In this document: positions 19,396-29,385 of the stretch, piece after piece
Layout: every line of letters starts with the position of its first letter
How positions within the stretch are numbered: position 1 is the first letter of the stretch
From: Balneolales bacterium
Lineage (GTDB): Bacteria > Bacteroidota > Rhodothermia > Balneolales > DATFMH01
DNA: 64,000 nucleotides
Direction of reading: 5' to 3'
Assembly: GCA_035267045.1 (NCBI GenBank)
Contig: DATFMH010000226.1
Location: 11,427 to 75,426, forward strand
Translations under genes and position numbers: made by a program
Notes under the pieces: model-generated
What the model saw: only the letters and a program-made list of their open reading frames with translations
What the model was told of the DNA's origin: nothing
Databases searched by the model: none

Positions 19396-21909
19396 ATGGA
19401 GAAAATTTTAAAATTATTTAAACCTTTATTTAAAAAAAATTATAGCCATCCCTATTATGTTTTATCGATATCCATAATTTTAGCTATAATTTCGGGTTTT
19501 TTTGCTTTACATCTTAAAGTAGATACGGATATAGCTAATTTGCTTCCTTCCTCTTACGAAAGTGTAAAAGCGCTCAACAAGCTGAAAGATACATTTGGTG
19601 GTGAATCGGAACTCGAGGTTGCTATTAAATCCCCGAGTTTTCAGGATAATAAAAAATTTGCCCGTGAATTTATCCCTAAAGCTCTCAAGCTGCACGAACC
19701 TAATTCAAATGAGAAGTTTTTTAAAGACGTTGAGTATAAAAAGAATACGAAAATATTAAAAGATAATGCGTTATATCTTGCTACAAATACAGAATTGAAT
19801 GATATAACAAATTATTTAAAAGATGAGATACACAAAGCTAAGCTAAAAGCTAATCCCTTTTATTTTGATTTAACCTCTGATAACGGGACATCTGATACTG
19901 TTAAAAAAGGCGATTTAAACAAGTTTTTAGAAGCGTATAATGAGATCATTCCCAAAGAGTATCCCATTAATGCGGATAGTACAGTAATGGTGTTAAAATT
20001 TTACCCTACCGGCTCTAAAAGTAATACCAGGTATTTACAGGATATGTACGCTGCTACCGACTCCCTCATTAAGGCGATGCAACCTGTGCAGTACAACAAA
20101 CAGATGATTGTTAAATCAGGGGGCAGGCTTGAACGACATTTATTAGAACTCGATTCGATAATGAATGACGTAAAAAACAGCTTTGCGTCGGGAATAACAA
20201 GTGTTTTGCTTTTAGTTATGTTGTATTTCTTTTTTAAGAAATATTTCAATTACAGGCGTGGGGCGGAAAGCGAGCAAAAACATAATATCTGGAGTCATAT
20301 CCTCAGGGCTCCGGTGCCTTTAATTGTTATAGGAATTCCGCTTCTGATAAGTTTGAGTTATACATTTGGGATTGCTTATATATTTCTTGGTAAACTGAAT
20401 ACCATGACATCCGTGTTGTTTGTGATTCTTTTTGGTATGGGAATCGATTATGGTATTCACTTTTATGCCCGTTATCTTGAAATACGATCGTCAGGTAAAG
20501 GCGTTTATGCTTCCTTACTATCTACCTATGAAGGTACCGGATCTGCCATAATAACAAGTGCCATTACGACAGCCGTTGCCCTTTATGTTTTGACCTTTGC
20601 TGATTTTAAGGGTTTTTCTGAATTTGGTTTTATCTCAGGTAATGGTATTATACTTTCCCTGCTTTGTATGCTTTTTATTTTACCGGCTATACTGGTAGTT
20701 ATGGAGAGAAATAATCTGATCTTGATTAATAAAAATGAAAGAGACGGATTTGTAAAGAACACACCTCATCGTTTTCCTTTTGCTAAAACAATAGTAATAA
20801 TGGGTTTAATAGTTTCCGGAGTGGTTATTGTTGCTCATAATGATATCAAATTTCAGTATGATTTCGGAAAATTAGAGCCAGATTATCCCCAATATGATGC
20901 CTTCAATAATATGATCAGTGGCGTATTTCACTCTTCTAAACGAAATCCTGCTTATATACAGGCTGATAGCGATAAACAAGTGTTTGCTATCCTAAAAGCT
21001 ATACGGAAGAAAATGAAGCAGGATACCCTGAGTCCAACGATAGCTGATGTTGAGGCCATCCAGGAGCGATTTCCTATGTCGAAAAAAGCTAAAGAGCAAA
21101 AACTACAGAATATCGCTCGTATCAGGAAGTTATTGAATGATCCCTTTATAAAAAATAAAAAGGATAAGAATCTTGATAAGTTACGTCGTGCCTCTCAGAC
21201 GACTAAACCACTTAGGTTGGATCAAATACCTAATTATCTTAAAAATCGATTTATGACCAAAAATGGTAAAATAGGTCGGTTTGTTATTGTTTATCCAAGT
21301 GTTGGTCTTTCAGATGGACGAAATTCAATAGCATTTAAGAAAGATATTGGGAAAGTTACAACCGCCAATGGTCAAACATTTTATGCGGCAAGTACATCAA
21401 TAGTAGCGGCAAATATGCTGCAGCTTATGATGAAAGAGAGTCCGTATATGGTTGTGGCGACTTTCTTAATGATCATCATATTCATGTATATAGCTTTCCG
21501 TTCCGTCAGATGGACGCTTATCGCTATGTTGCCTTTGGTTGTAGGATTACTATGGACTTTTGGTATTATGATGATGTTCGGGATGTCTTTGAATTTCTAC
21601 AACCTGGTCGTATTACCGGCCATACTTGGAATAGGGGAGGACAGTGGAGTTCACCTTGCAGCGAGATACCGGGAAGAAGGTAAAAATAGTATGTGGAATG
21701 TACTGTCAAGTACCGGCCAGCATATCACGATGGGTTCCGTTACAACCATGTTAGGATTTTCGGGCCTGCTTTTTACAATGCACCCCGGCCTGATTTCCAT
21801 AGGGGAACTGGCTACCATCGGGATCGGTATGACATTGGTATCTGCTCTCGTATTTTTACCGGCCCTTGTACAATGGCTCGAACAAAAAGATTGGATTCGA
21901 TTTGACTGA
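19396..21909 (+). CDS. MMPL/RND-superfamily exporter (HpnN-like predicted lipid exporter)
   Basis: 837 aa with two 6-TM bundles and two periplasmic domains. Duplicated motifs GMGIDYGIHFYARY and GIGEDSGVHLAARY. Confidence 0.88.
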   Translation: MEKILKLFKPLFKKNYSHPYYVLSISIILAIISGFFALHLKVDTDIANLLPSSYESVKALNKLKDTFGGESELEVAIKSPSFQDNKKFAREFIPKALKLHEPNSNEKFFKDVEYKKNTKILKDNALYLATNTELNDITNYLKDEIHKAKLKANPFYFDLTSDNGTSDTVKKGDLNKFLEAYNEIIPKEYPINADSTVMVLKFYPTGSKSNTRYLQDMYAATDSLIKAMQPVQYNKQMIVKSGGRLERHLLELDSIMNDVKNSFASGITSVLLLVMLYFFFKKYFNYRRGAESEQKHNIWSHILRAPVPLIVIGIPLLISLSYTFGIAYIFLGKLNTMTSVLFVILFGMGIDYGIHFYARYLEIRSSGKGVYASLLSTYEGTGSAIITSAITTAVALYVLTFADFKGFSEFGFISGNGIILSLLCMLFILPAILVVMERNNLILINKNERDGFVKNTPHRFPFAKTIVIMGLIVSGVVIVAHNDIKFQYDFGKLEPDYPQYDAFNNMISGVFHSSKRNPAYIQADSDKQVFAILKAIRKKMKQDTLSPTIADVEAIQERFPMSKKAKEQKLQNIARIRKLLNDPFIKNKKDKNLDKLRRASQTTKPLRLDQIPNYLKNRFMTKNGKIGRFVIVYPSVGLSDGRNSIAFKKDIGKVTTANGQTFYAASTSIVAANMLQLMMKESPYMVVATFLMIIIFMYIAFRSVRWTLIAMLPLVVGLLWTFGIMMMFGMSLNFYNLVVLPAILGIGEDSGVHLAARYREEGKNSMWNVLSSTGQHITMGSVTTMLGFSGLLFTMHPGLISIGELATIGIGMTLVSALVFLPALVQWLEQKDWIRFD

Positions 21910-21932
21910 TTTTAATATTTCGTAAGGTAATG

Positions 21933-21967
21933 AAAGAGACTTTCTACAGGAAAGTCTCTTTTTTTTA
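21933..21967 (+). terminator. intrinsic terminator after MMPL gene
   Basis: AAAGAGACTTTC (21933-21944) pairs with GAAAGTCTCTTT (21950-21961), a perfect 12-bp stem with loop TACAG, followed by a T-run. Confidence 0.9.
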
Positions 21968-22120
21968 ATGTGGTATTCTATTTTTTTATGATAGTATTGA
22001 TACACTGCTTTAATATATTTTGGTTTAATGGCCGTAAAATATCATCTTGATTAATAGGTGCTGTTATAAATTGTAATAGTTGTTATCGCCCCACGTTATA
22101 TTTTTATAATTGATTATTAA

Positions 22121-22858
22121 ATGATTATTGAAACTCCGGCAATTGTTTTACGTTCAATTGATTATCATGAGACCAGCAAGATTGTAACCTTGTTAACGAA
22201 GAAACAAGGTAAAATAGCTGTTATAGCCAAAGGTGCGAAACGGCCCAAAAGTAAGTTTGCCGGCTTGCTGGAAACCGGTAACGTCATAGATGTGATCTAT
22301 TATTATAAGGGGTCAAGATCGGTACAAACACTATCGGAGGCAGAATACAGAATCAAGACATTCAAACTGCGTTATAATTTTGAAAAAATGGCCATAACCT
22401 CGGCTTCCATAGAAATGATATACCAGTTGTTGCATGAAAACGAGGTTAATGAACCGATGTATGATTTGGGAGAGAACTTATTACAATGGTTAAATGATAC
22501 GGATAAGAATGTTCGTAATTTGTTTCCTTATATACAGTTACGATTAGCGGAAATTATGGGAGTCGGTATCCATTTGGATGTTGCATCGATTAAACAAAAT
22601 AAAGTTGGCCTGTACCTTAATACGGATTCCGGCAGAGTACATGGCAACAGAAATGAAAGTACAGGTTTAAAATTAAATCCTGATCAGGCGCATTACATGT
22701 TGCTTGCTTTACAAGGTAAAACCGGCAAATTATTGACATTACTGATTGAGTCGGATGACTTGAAAAATTTAATTCGGATATTGGATATTTATTTAAAACA
22801 TCATATTGAAGGATTAAAAGATCGAACATCAGACACAATATTCGAACAAATATTGTAA
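22121..22858 (+). CDS. recO: DNA repair protein RecO
   Basis: N-terminal OB-fold pattern AIVLRSIDYHETSKIVTLLTKKQGKIAVIAKGAKRPKSKF. The size is typical. Confidence 0.9.
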   Translation: MIIETPAIVLRSIDYHETSKIVTLLTKKQGKIAVIAKGAKRPKSKFAGLLETGNVIDVIYYYKGSRSVQTLSEAEYRIKTFKLRYNFEKMAITSASIEMIYQLLHENEVNEPMYDLGENLLQWLNDTDKNVRNLFPYIQLRLAEIMGVGIHLDVASIKQNKVGLYLNTDSGRVHGNRNESTGLKLNPDQAHYMLLALQGKTGKLLTLLIESDDLKNLIRILDIYLKHHIEGLKDRTSDTIFEQIL

Positions 22859-22866
22859 TTTAAAAT

Positions 22867-24402
22867 ATGAGCACTCGGAAAAGAAATATAACAAGAGCCT
22901 TACTTCTTGTCTTTATTGGTATACTGATTGGGGTCATAATAGTACTTTCGGAGCAGAATTATCAATTAAGTAATAAAGTCAAAGTTCGGTATACTACCAT
23001 AAATCGCAGCACGGACGATACGACAAATTTAATAGGCAAATCTGAAATTAAGACAAAGTCTGATGTTTTTCAGAATGTTGCCAACCGGGTAATACCTACA
23101 GTTGTTTATATTGAGGCATCAGTTCCGGTAAAGAAATTAGATATGCCAGAGGACGAGAATCACAGTTTTAATGATGATATCTGGAACAGGTTTTTACCGG
23201 AACAGGAAGTTCAGACTGTCGGATCAGGAATCATCATAACCTCTAACGGTTATATTTTAACAAACCGGCATGTAGTTGCCAATGCGGAAGATCATAAAGT
23301 AGAAGTCACCTTATATGATAAAAGGACATTCTCCGGCAAAGTTATAGGCGAGGATCCTTCGACTGATTTAGCCGTGGTAAAGATTGATCAAAAGAATCTG
23401 CATCCTATCACTGTTGGAAATTCGAATACATTGAAAGTAGGAGATTGGGTACTTGCCATTGGAAATCCGTTCAGATTGAAATCTACGGTAACTGCAGGAA
23501 TTGTGAGTGCATTGAATCGGGATGTGAATGTTATAAATAGTTCTAAACGTATAGAAAATTTTATTCAAACAGATGCTGCGATTAATAAAGGTAACAGTGG
23601 CGGAGCCTTAGTTAATGTCAGGGGTGAATTGGTTGGCATCAATACGGCTATTGCAACTGAGACTGGAAATTACGAAGGATACGGTTTTGCCATACCAAGT
23701 AATATGGCGATTAAAATTGCCAGGGATATTATGGAATATGGTAAAGTTAAACGGGCATACCTCGGCGTAAAAATACAATCCGTCAACTCAAAAAGTGCCA
23801 GTAAATTAGGATTACAGCATATTGAAGGGGTTGAAATACTAAATATTGATCCCAAAGGATCTGCTGATAAAGCCGGTTTAAAGCCCAATGATGTTGTGTT
23901 ATCTGTTGATGGTTCGGCAGTTAATGAATATAATCAGTTACAGGCGAAAATAGCGGTTTTACATCCCGGTGATACTGCGAAACTTAAAGTATGGCGCGAC
24001 GGTAAAACATTGGATGTTAACGTTCCTTTAATGGGAGTTAATGAGAATTCGTTTAAAAAATGGTTGCTTGCCGATAATAAAGATCCGATTAATATATCAC
24101 CTAACGAAAATGGCGCTTTCAAATATCAAAGTTTTGAATTAGGTTTTACGGTTGTAGCACTTGCAGATTCCAAAGATCTTAATAAATTTGACCTGGTGAT
24201 TACGCAGGTTAAAGACGGCAGTGAGGCAATGAAACGGGGTCTTAAGAAAAATTATATTATACGTGCAGTCGACGGTAAATCAGTGAATAATCTGGATAAT
24301 CTGAAGGTCCTTATTCGAAAGGGTTTATCAGAAAATCAAGAGATATTACTGAAAATAGAAAAAGACAATGGTGTTATTGGATATTACGAATTGAAAAATT
24401 AA
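22867..24402 (+). CDS. Do/DegP/HtrA family serine protease with two PDZ domains
   Basis: Catalytic triad context TNRHV, DLAV and GNSGGAL, followed by two PDZ-like segments. Confidence 0.93.
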   Translation: MSTRKRNITRALLLVFIGILIGVIIVLSEQNYQLSNKVKVRYTTINRSTDDTTNLIGKSEIKTKSDVFQNVANRVIPTVVYIEASVPVKKLDMPEDENHSFNDDIWNRFLPEQEVQTVGSGIIITSNGYILTNRHVVANAEDHKVEVTLYDKRTFSGKVIGEDPSTDLAVVKIDQKNLHPITVGNSNTLKVGDWVLAIGNPFRLKSTVTAGIVSALNRDVNVINSSKRIENFIQTDAAINKGNSGGALVNVRGELVGINTAIATETGNYEGYGFAIPSNMAIKIARDIMEYGKVKRAYLGVKIQSVNSKSASKLGLQHIEGVEILNIDPKGSADKAGLKPNDVVLSVDGSAVNEYNQLQAKIAVLHPGDTAKLKVWRDGKTLDVNVPLMGVNENSFKKWLLADNKDPINISPNENGAFKYQSFELGFTVVALADSKDLNKFDLVITQVKDGSEAMKRGLKKNYIIRAVDGKSVNNLDNLKVLIRKGLSENQEILLKIEKDNGVIGYYELKN

Positions 24403-24438
24403 CTGACTTTTTAAAGGTAAATCACAGAAACTTAATAC

Positions 24439-25026
24439 ATGAAATTAATCTTCAGGCAATTAGCATTTACAGGTATACTCAGCGTTTTATTATTATCAGC
24501 ATGCAGCACTTCAAAGACGGCAACAAAATCTACACAAACATCGTCGGCAAATAACCATAAGCCGTGGTATAAAGAAGCTTCTCAATTTTCGAAACAAGAT
24601 CAATGGTATTATGCTATGGGGATGAGTATCTCAACAGACTCATTAGTAGCGCTGGACCGTGCCAAAAAGCAGGCCAGGGCTAAACTGAATTATGGGATTC
24701 AGAATGATCTTGAGAACCTGAGACAAAACATAGCAAGTGAAGAAGGGAATCATGCCACGGTCGCCAGGCCGTCTTTTATATGGATGATAAGAGGTGCCAC
24801 TAATTATGATTTGAAACATGCCGTAGTGGATGATGTTATGGTTTTACCAAAAAATGGCATCTATCAGGCTTATGCCAAACTTAAGTATTCCCAAAAACAG
24901 GTTACATCAGATTTGATGAATGCTCTTTCTTCGGTAAAAAAATATCAGGATAGTGTGACAAACAGTAAGGCTTATAAAAAATGGTCAACTTCGAATGCAT
25001 CGGGTACAGCCGATTCAACAAAGTAA
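24439..25026 (+). CDS. putative lipoprotein
   Basis: Signal peptide with lipobox LLSAC. No recognisable catalytic motif. Confidence 0.65.
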   Translation: MKLIFRQLAFTGILSVLLLSACSTSKTATKSTQTSSANNHKPWYKEASQFSKQDQWYYAMGMSISTDSLVALDRAKKQARAKLNYGIQNDLENLRQNIASEEGNHATVARPSFIWMIRGATNYDLKHAVVDDVMVLPKNGIYQAYAKLKYSQKQVTSDLMNALSSVKKYQDSVTNSKAYKKWSTSNASGTADSTK

Positions 25027-25036
25027 TATATATACG

Positions 25037-25627
25037 TCAGGCTGAAGGCGAAAAAAGAGTATGAATAATAAAGGCTGTAACGAATAATAAGCCAAGTGTC
25101 AGATGCCAGATTTTACCTGTTTTTTTATATCTGCAGATACCGCTAATTGATAAAATAGCTAATAAACCCAACGCAATAAAACCGCTGATATAACCACCAT
25201 TAAGCTTTATCCCATTTATTATCGCTAAATAAGCATGTATTAAAATAATACCTATCGATATGAGAGCAACCGGTACATGCCATTGCCGTGCTACTTTAGC
25301 TAAAAAACGGAAGACTGATTTAATGTGAAAACCTTTGAAGCTAATGTCCATGAAATCCCGGTATTTTAACAGGAGATAGACAGGGTAAATAGCTACGGAA
25401 AAAAAGAAGCCAATTCTTGCAACAGATCCGATATACTGATGGAAACTAATAAAAGCATCTGTATGTAATGAATAATATTGCAGTATAACAGGTATTAAAG
25501 AATAACTGATAATCAACAATAAAAGAGAGCCAAAGAGAGTGATGAGAACTCTTTTTCTCTCTTTTTTATTTGGAATGAGCCTTTTACCAGGTCTATTATT
25601 TTTTGTTTTTTTTATGTTACCATCCAT
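25037..25627 (-). CDS. 5-TM membrane protein with two WH-x13-H helices (possible di-haem cytochrome b-like)
   Basis: WHVPVALISIGIILIH and WHLTLGLLFVTAFIIH lie in separate TM helices. The ORF-track TTG start at 25663 sits inside the icd terminator T-run, so the ATG at 25627 is preferred. Confidence 0.6.
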   Translation of the reverse strand: MDGNIKKTKNNRPGKRLIPNKKERKRVLITLFGSLLLLIISYSLIPVILQYYSLHTDAFISFHQYIGSVARIGFFFSVAIYPVYLLLKYRDFMDISFKGFHIKSVFRFLAKVARQWHVPVALISIGIILIHAYLAIINGIKLNGGYISGFIALGLLAILSISGICRYKKTGKIWHLTLGLLFVTAFIIHTLFSPSA

Positions 25628-25664
25628 TAATCCACAGAATAAGCAAAACAAAATAGGTGTCAAT

Positions 25665-25692
25665 AAAAAAGGAGACGTTATATAACGTCTCC
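25665..25692 (-). terminator. intrinsic terminator after icd
   Basis: Palindrome GGAGACGT-TATA-ACGTCTCC (25671-25692), followed on the minus strand by TTTTTT (25670-25665). It lies 22 nt downstream of the icd stop. Confidence 0.85.
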
Positions 25693-25714
25693 TTATAAAA
25701 ACAGGGGAAAAGGT

Positions 25715-26965
25715 TTAGTCCATGTTTTCAACAATTTTATGTCCGAATTCGGAACATTTAAGAAGGGTAGCACCTTCCATGAGTCTTTCGAAATCGTAGG
25801 TAACTTGTTTTTGTTGTATGGAGCCTTCAATACCTTTTTCGATGAGCTCTGCAGCCTCATTCCAGCCCATATATCGTAACATCATTACACCTGACAGGAT
25901 TAGAGATCCGGGATTAACTTTATCCTGACCTGCATATTTTGGAGCTGTACCGTGAGTGGCTTCAAATAGCGCATAGCCATTGGTGTAGTTAATGTTGGCG
26001 CCCGGTGCTATACCGATACCACCTACACAGGCAGCTAAAGCATCAGATATATAGTCACCATTCAGATTTAATGTGGCAATAACATCATATTCAGCCGGAC
26101 GTGTTAAGATCTGTTGTAAGAATGCATCAGCGATGACATCCTTAATTATTATACCATTAGGTAGTTTGCACCACGGGCCACCATCAATTTCGACGGCATC
26201 ATATTCCTCTTTGGCAAGTTCATAACCCCAGTTCTTGAAGCTACCTTCGGTAAACTTCATGATATTTCCTTTATGAACTAAAGTAACACTCTTTCGATCC
26301 GTCTCTATAGCATAATTAATTGCTGAGCGAACCAATCGTTTGGTCCCTTCTTCAGATACGGGTTTTATGCCGAAAGAGGAAGAATCCGGGAAACGGACTT
26401 TATCAACTTTCATTTCATTAAGTAAAAAATCTTTGAATTTTTCATTTTCTGAAGTTCCGCTCTGGAATTCGATACCGGCATAGATATCTTCCGTATTTTC
26501 CCTGTAAATAACCATGTCAGTCAGTTCCGGCTTCTTAACAGGACTGGGTGTTCCGTTGAAGTAACGTACAGGACGAACGCAGGCATATAAATCTAATTTT
26601 TGACGTAATGCAACATTCAGGCTGCGAATACCACCGCCCACCGGAGTCGTTAATGGCCCTTTAATAGCCACATGATAATCTTTAATAGCTTCAAGCGTAT
26701 CATCAGGCAGCCATTGGTCTTCTCCATAAAACGATACGGATTTTTCACCGGCATATATTTCGAACCATTCAATATTTTTCTTTCCGTTATATGCTTTGGC
26801 AACAGCATTATCTAATACATATTTCATGGCAGGTGTAATATCCACACCAATACCATCACCCTCGATGTAAGGTATTACGGGATTATCAGGTACATTCAGT
26901 GTCCCGTCCTTTTTCGTTGTAATTTTTGCTCCTTTTGCTGGAGGTGTTATTTTTTGATATGACAT
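25715..26965 (-). CDS. icd: NADP-dependent isocitrate dehydrogenase
   Basis: 416 aa with prokaryotic ICDH blocks [48 protein letters not shown] and [13 protein letters not shown]. Confidence 0.97.
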   Translation of the reverse strand: MSYQKITPPAKGAKITTKKDGTLNVPDNPVIPYIEGDGIGVDITPAMKYVLDNAVAKAYNGKKNIEWFEIYAGEKSVSFYGEDQWLPDDTLEAIKDYHVAIKGPLTTPVGGGIRSLNVALRQKLDLYACVRPVRYFNGTPSPVKKPELTDMVIYRENTEDIYAGIEFQSGTSENEKFKDFLLNEMKVDKVRFPDSSSFGIKPVSEEGTKRLVRSAINYAIETDRKSVTLVHKGNIMKFTEGSFKNWGYELAKEEYDAVEIDGGPWCKLPNGIIIKDVIADAFLQQILTRPAEYDVIATLNLNGDYISDALAACVGGIGIAPGANINYTNGYALFEATHGTAPKYAGQDKVNPGSLILSGVMMLRYMGWNEAAELIEKGIEGSIQQKQVTYDFERLMEGATLLKCSEFGHKIVENMD

Positions 26966-27265
26966 ACTCTTTTGTAATTGATGATGTTAAGTTTTAAATA
27001 TCGCGTCTGCATAATAGTAAAATTGTACGCATATCGCACGTAAAAACACTGTAAAATTTCTAAAAGAATTTTGAATGAACTCATTTATTTTGAAATACTT
27101 TCAAATTGAACATCATGCTTTATAATGCTGATATTTATTAATTAAAAGACTATGGGTATGGCTTTATTACACCAATTCAAATATTTATATTATATGTAAG
27201 AATTATGAACGGGTTACGTACGTTACATAATTAAATAAGAGCAGTAGAAATGGAGCGCATTTATT

Positions 27266-27469
27266 ATGAAGTTTGGACCATTAGTGGGTAAAACTCCAAA
27301 ACATAAAAGGTTTGAATATCAACCACGTTATTATAAGCCTGATAAAAAGAAAAAAGATTTACACGATATAAAATTTGAACGCAAAACTCATCGCGGGCAG
27401 GTGCGATCTATCGTTTTATATGCAGCGTTACTCTTTTTAGTATTTTGGCTTATATTGCATTTGGCTTAA
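27266..27469 (+). CDS. small basic tail-anchored membrane protein (hypothetical)
   Basis: 67 aa with a Lys/Arg-rich N-terminus and a single C-terminal TM helix. There is no overlap with other genes. Coding status is unproven. Confidence 0.45.
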   Translation: MKFGPLVGKTPKHKRFEYQPRYYKPDKKKKDLHDIKFERKTHRGQVRSIVLYAALLFLVFWLILHLA

Positions 27470-27528
27470 TGAGTAACGTTATATTATCGTATCAGATAGT
27501 TAATTGAGAATTTGCTAAAAAGGGTGTA

Positions 27529-29370
27529 TTGAATAAGGAGATAGAGAAGCACAACGGTTTAATTAAAGAATTATCGCCAGAGCTATCTAATAAAATTGCT
27601 GCAGGAGAGGTCATCCAAAGGCCGAGTTCTGTTGTAAAGGAATTATTGGATAATGCCATCGATTCAGGAGCGGATCACATAAGAGTTATTATCCAGAATG
27701 CCGGTCGAACACTGATTCAAGTGATAGATAACGGTTGCGGTATGTCTAAAGAAGATATACCCCTTTGTTTCTTACGTCACGCGACTTCAAAAATTCACGA
27801 AGTCAACGACTTGTTTAACATTCAAACAATGGGTTTTCGTGGTGAGGCAATGGCTTCTATTTCCGCAGTGTCCCAGGTTACATTAAAAACCAAGAAGTTT
27901 GAAGATGAAATGGGATATGAGTATGAGGTTTGGGGTAATAAAGTTAAAAATTTTGAACCGGCGGCTGTTGATAACGGTACATCGGTGGCCGTTCGCAATC
28001 TATTTTATAATGTACCTGCACGCAGAGCTTTTTTAAAAACGGACGCTACGGAATTCAGACACATATTGATAACGTTTCAACAAGCCGCCCTGGCTAATGC
28101 CGATATATCATTTGAACTTATTGCGGATACTGATAGTGTGTATAATTTGCCGGCCGGCCCTCTTGATCAGCGTATTGTTGAAATATTCGGGAAATCATAC
28201 AGAGCAAGTTTAATACCGGTCGAAGAAAAAACGAGTTACGTAAATGTGTGGGGGTATGTTATTGATCCTAAAATGGCTAAAAAGAACAGGGGGGAACAGT
28301 TTTTATTTGTTAATAATAGGCCATTTTATCATCGGTATATATTACATATCATATTAAATATTTACAGGCAATGGATTCAACCTAATGAGTATCCTTTTTT
28401 TGCCCTGTTTTATGATATTAATCCCCAGGAAGTCGATGTGAATGTTCATCCGAGTAAGCTGGAAGTGAAGTTCGGTGACGAACGCAGCGTTACGGCCTTT
28501 ACACGTTCTATTGTTAAAAAAGCCTTGAATGAGCGTTTTAATGTGCCTGTTATTGGCAGGGGAGAATCACCCGGTGGTAAATCATATGGTGATTTTGAAT
28601 CCGGTTTTTCATTTGGGAAATCCGGTGATACTTCCATTAATAGAAGTGGAGGTGATTCCATTCAATTCCCGTCCAGGATTAATTTTGACAAAAGAAGAGG
28701 GAATCGCGAGTCTCTTACCGATGAATTATATAGTGGTTTTGGAGGTAACCCACAGGGAATACCCGGTAAATATAATACCGGTAGTATTCCACAGCCTGAA
28801 TACGATAAAGGCCGGGGTTTCTGGCAGTTGCATGATCGTTATATTATTTCACAAACGCTCACCGGACTGTTTATAATCGACCAGCACTCCGCTCATAAAC
28901 GAATTATTTATGAAAAGGCATTACAGGCAACGGAATCGGCATTGCCCAGTACGCAACAATTGCTTTTTCCACAAACCATCGAATTTTCAGCCTCGGATTT
29001 TTCCCTTCTGAAAGAATTACATCCTATTATTCAGAAAATGGGATTTAACATACAGTTATTGAGTGGGAATACTGCTATGGTTCTCGGAGTACCTGCCGAT
29101 ATCAAAATGGGGGATGAACGTCATCTGCTTGAATCGATATTACAACAATACCAGGACCTTTCCTCTCAACTTAAACTTAAAGATAGAGAAAAAGTAGCAC
29201 TCGCGATGGCTAACAAAGCCTCAATTCCACGAGGTAAGAAATTAAATGACATGGAAATGGAGCGATTGATTGATCAACTCTTCTCTTGTAAAGAACCATA
29301 TTTAGATCCGTTGGAAAAGCCGACAATTGTTTATATTCCATTGGATGAAATAGAATCCCGCTTTCGATAA
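27529..29370 (+). CDS. mutL: DNA mismatch repair endonuclease MutL
   Basis: GHKL ATPase motifs IAAGEVI..P.SVVKELLDNAIDSGA and DNGCGM. C-terminal endonuclease motif DQHSAHKRIIYE. Starts with TTG. Confidence 0.95.
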   Translation: MNKEIEKHNGLIKELSPELSNKIAAGEVIQRPSSVVKELLDNAIDSGADHIRVIIQNAGRTLIQVIDNGCGMSKEDIPLCFLRHATSKIHEVNDLFNIQTMGFRGEAMASISAVSQVTLKTKKFEDEMGYEYEVWGNKVKNFEPAAVDNGTSVAVRNLFYNVPARRAFLKTDATEFRHILITFQQAALANADISFELIADTDSVYNLPAGPLDQRIVEIFGKSYRASLIPVEEKTSYVNVWGYVIDPKMAKKNRGEQFLFVNNRPFYHRYILHIILNIYRQWIQPNEYPFFALFYDINPQEVDVNVHPSKLEVKFGDERSVTAFTRSIVKKALNERFNVPVIGRGESPGGKSYGDFESGFSFGKSGDTSINRSGGDSIQFPSRINFDKRRGNRESLTDELYSGFGGNPQGIPGKYNTGSIPQPEYDKGRGFWQLHDRYIISQTLTGLFIIDQHSAHKRIIYEKALQATESALPSTQQLLFPQTIEFSASDFSLLKELHPIIQKMGFNIQLLSGNTAMVLGVPADIKMGDERHLLESILQQYQDLSSQLKLKDREKVALAMANKASIPRGKKLNDMEMERLIDQLFSCKEPYLDPLEKPTIVYIPLDEIESRFR

Positions 29371-29385
29371 TCAACAATTATTTTC

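Noticed and set aside
25628-25663. TTG start at 25663 for the membrane protein ORF
   Set aside because: The TTG lies inside the T-run of the icd terminator. The ATG at 25627, which precedes the basic N-terminus and first TM helix, is more plausible.
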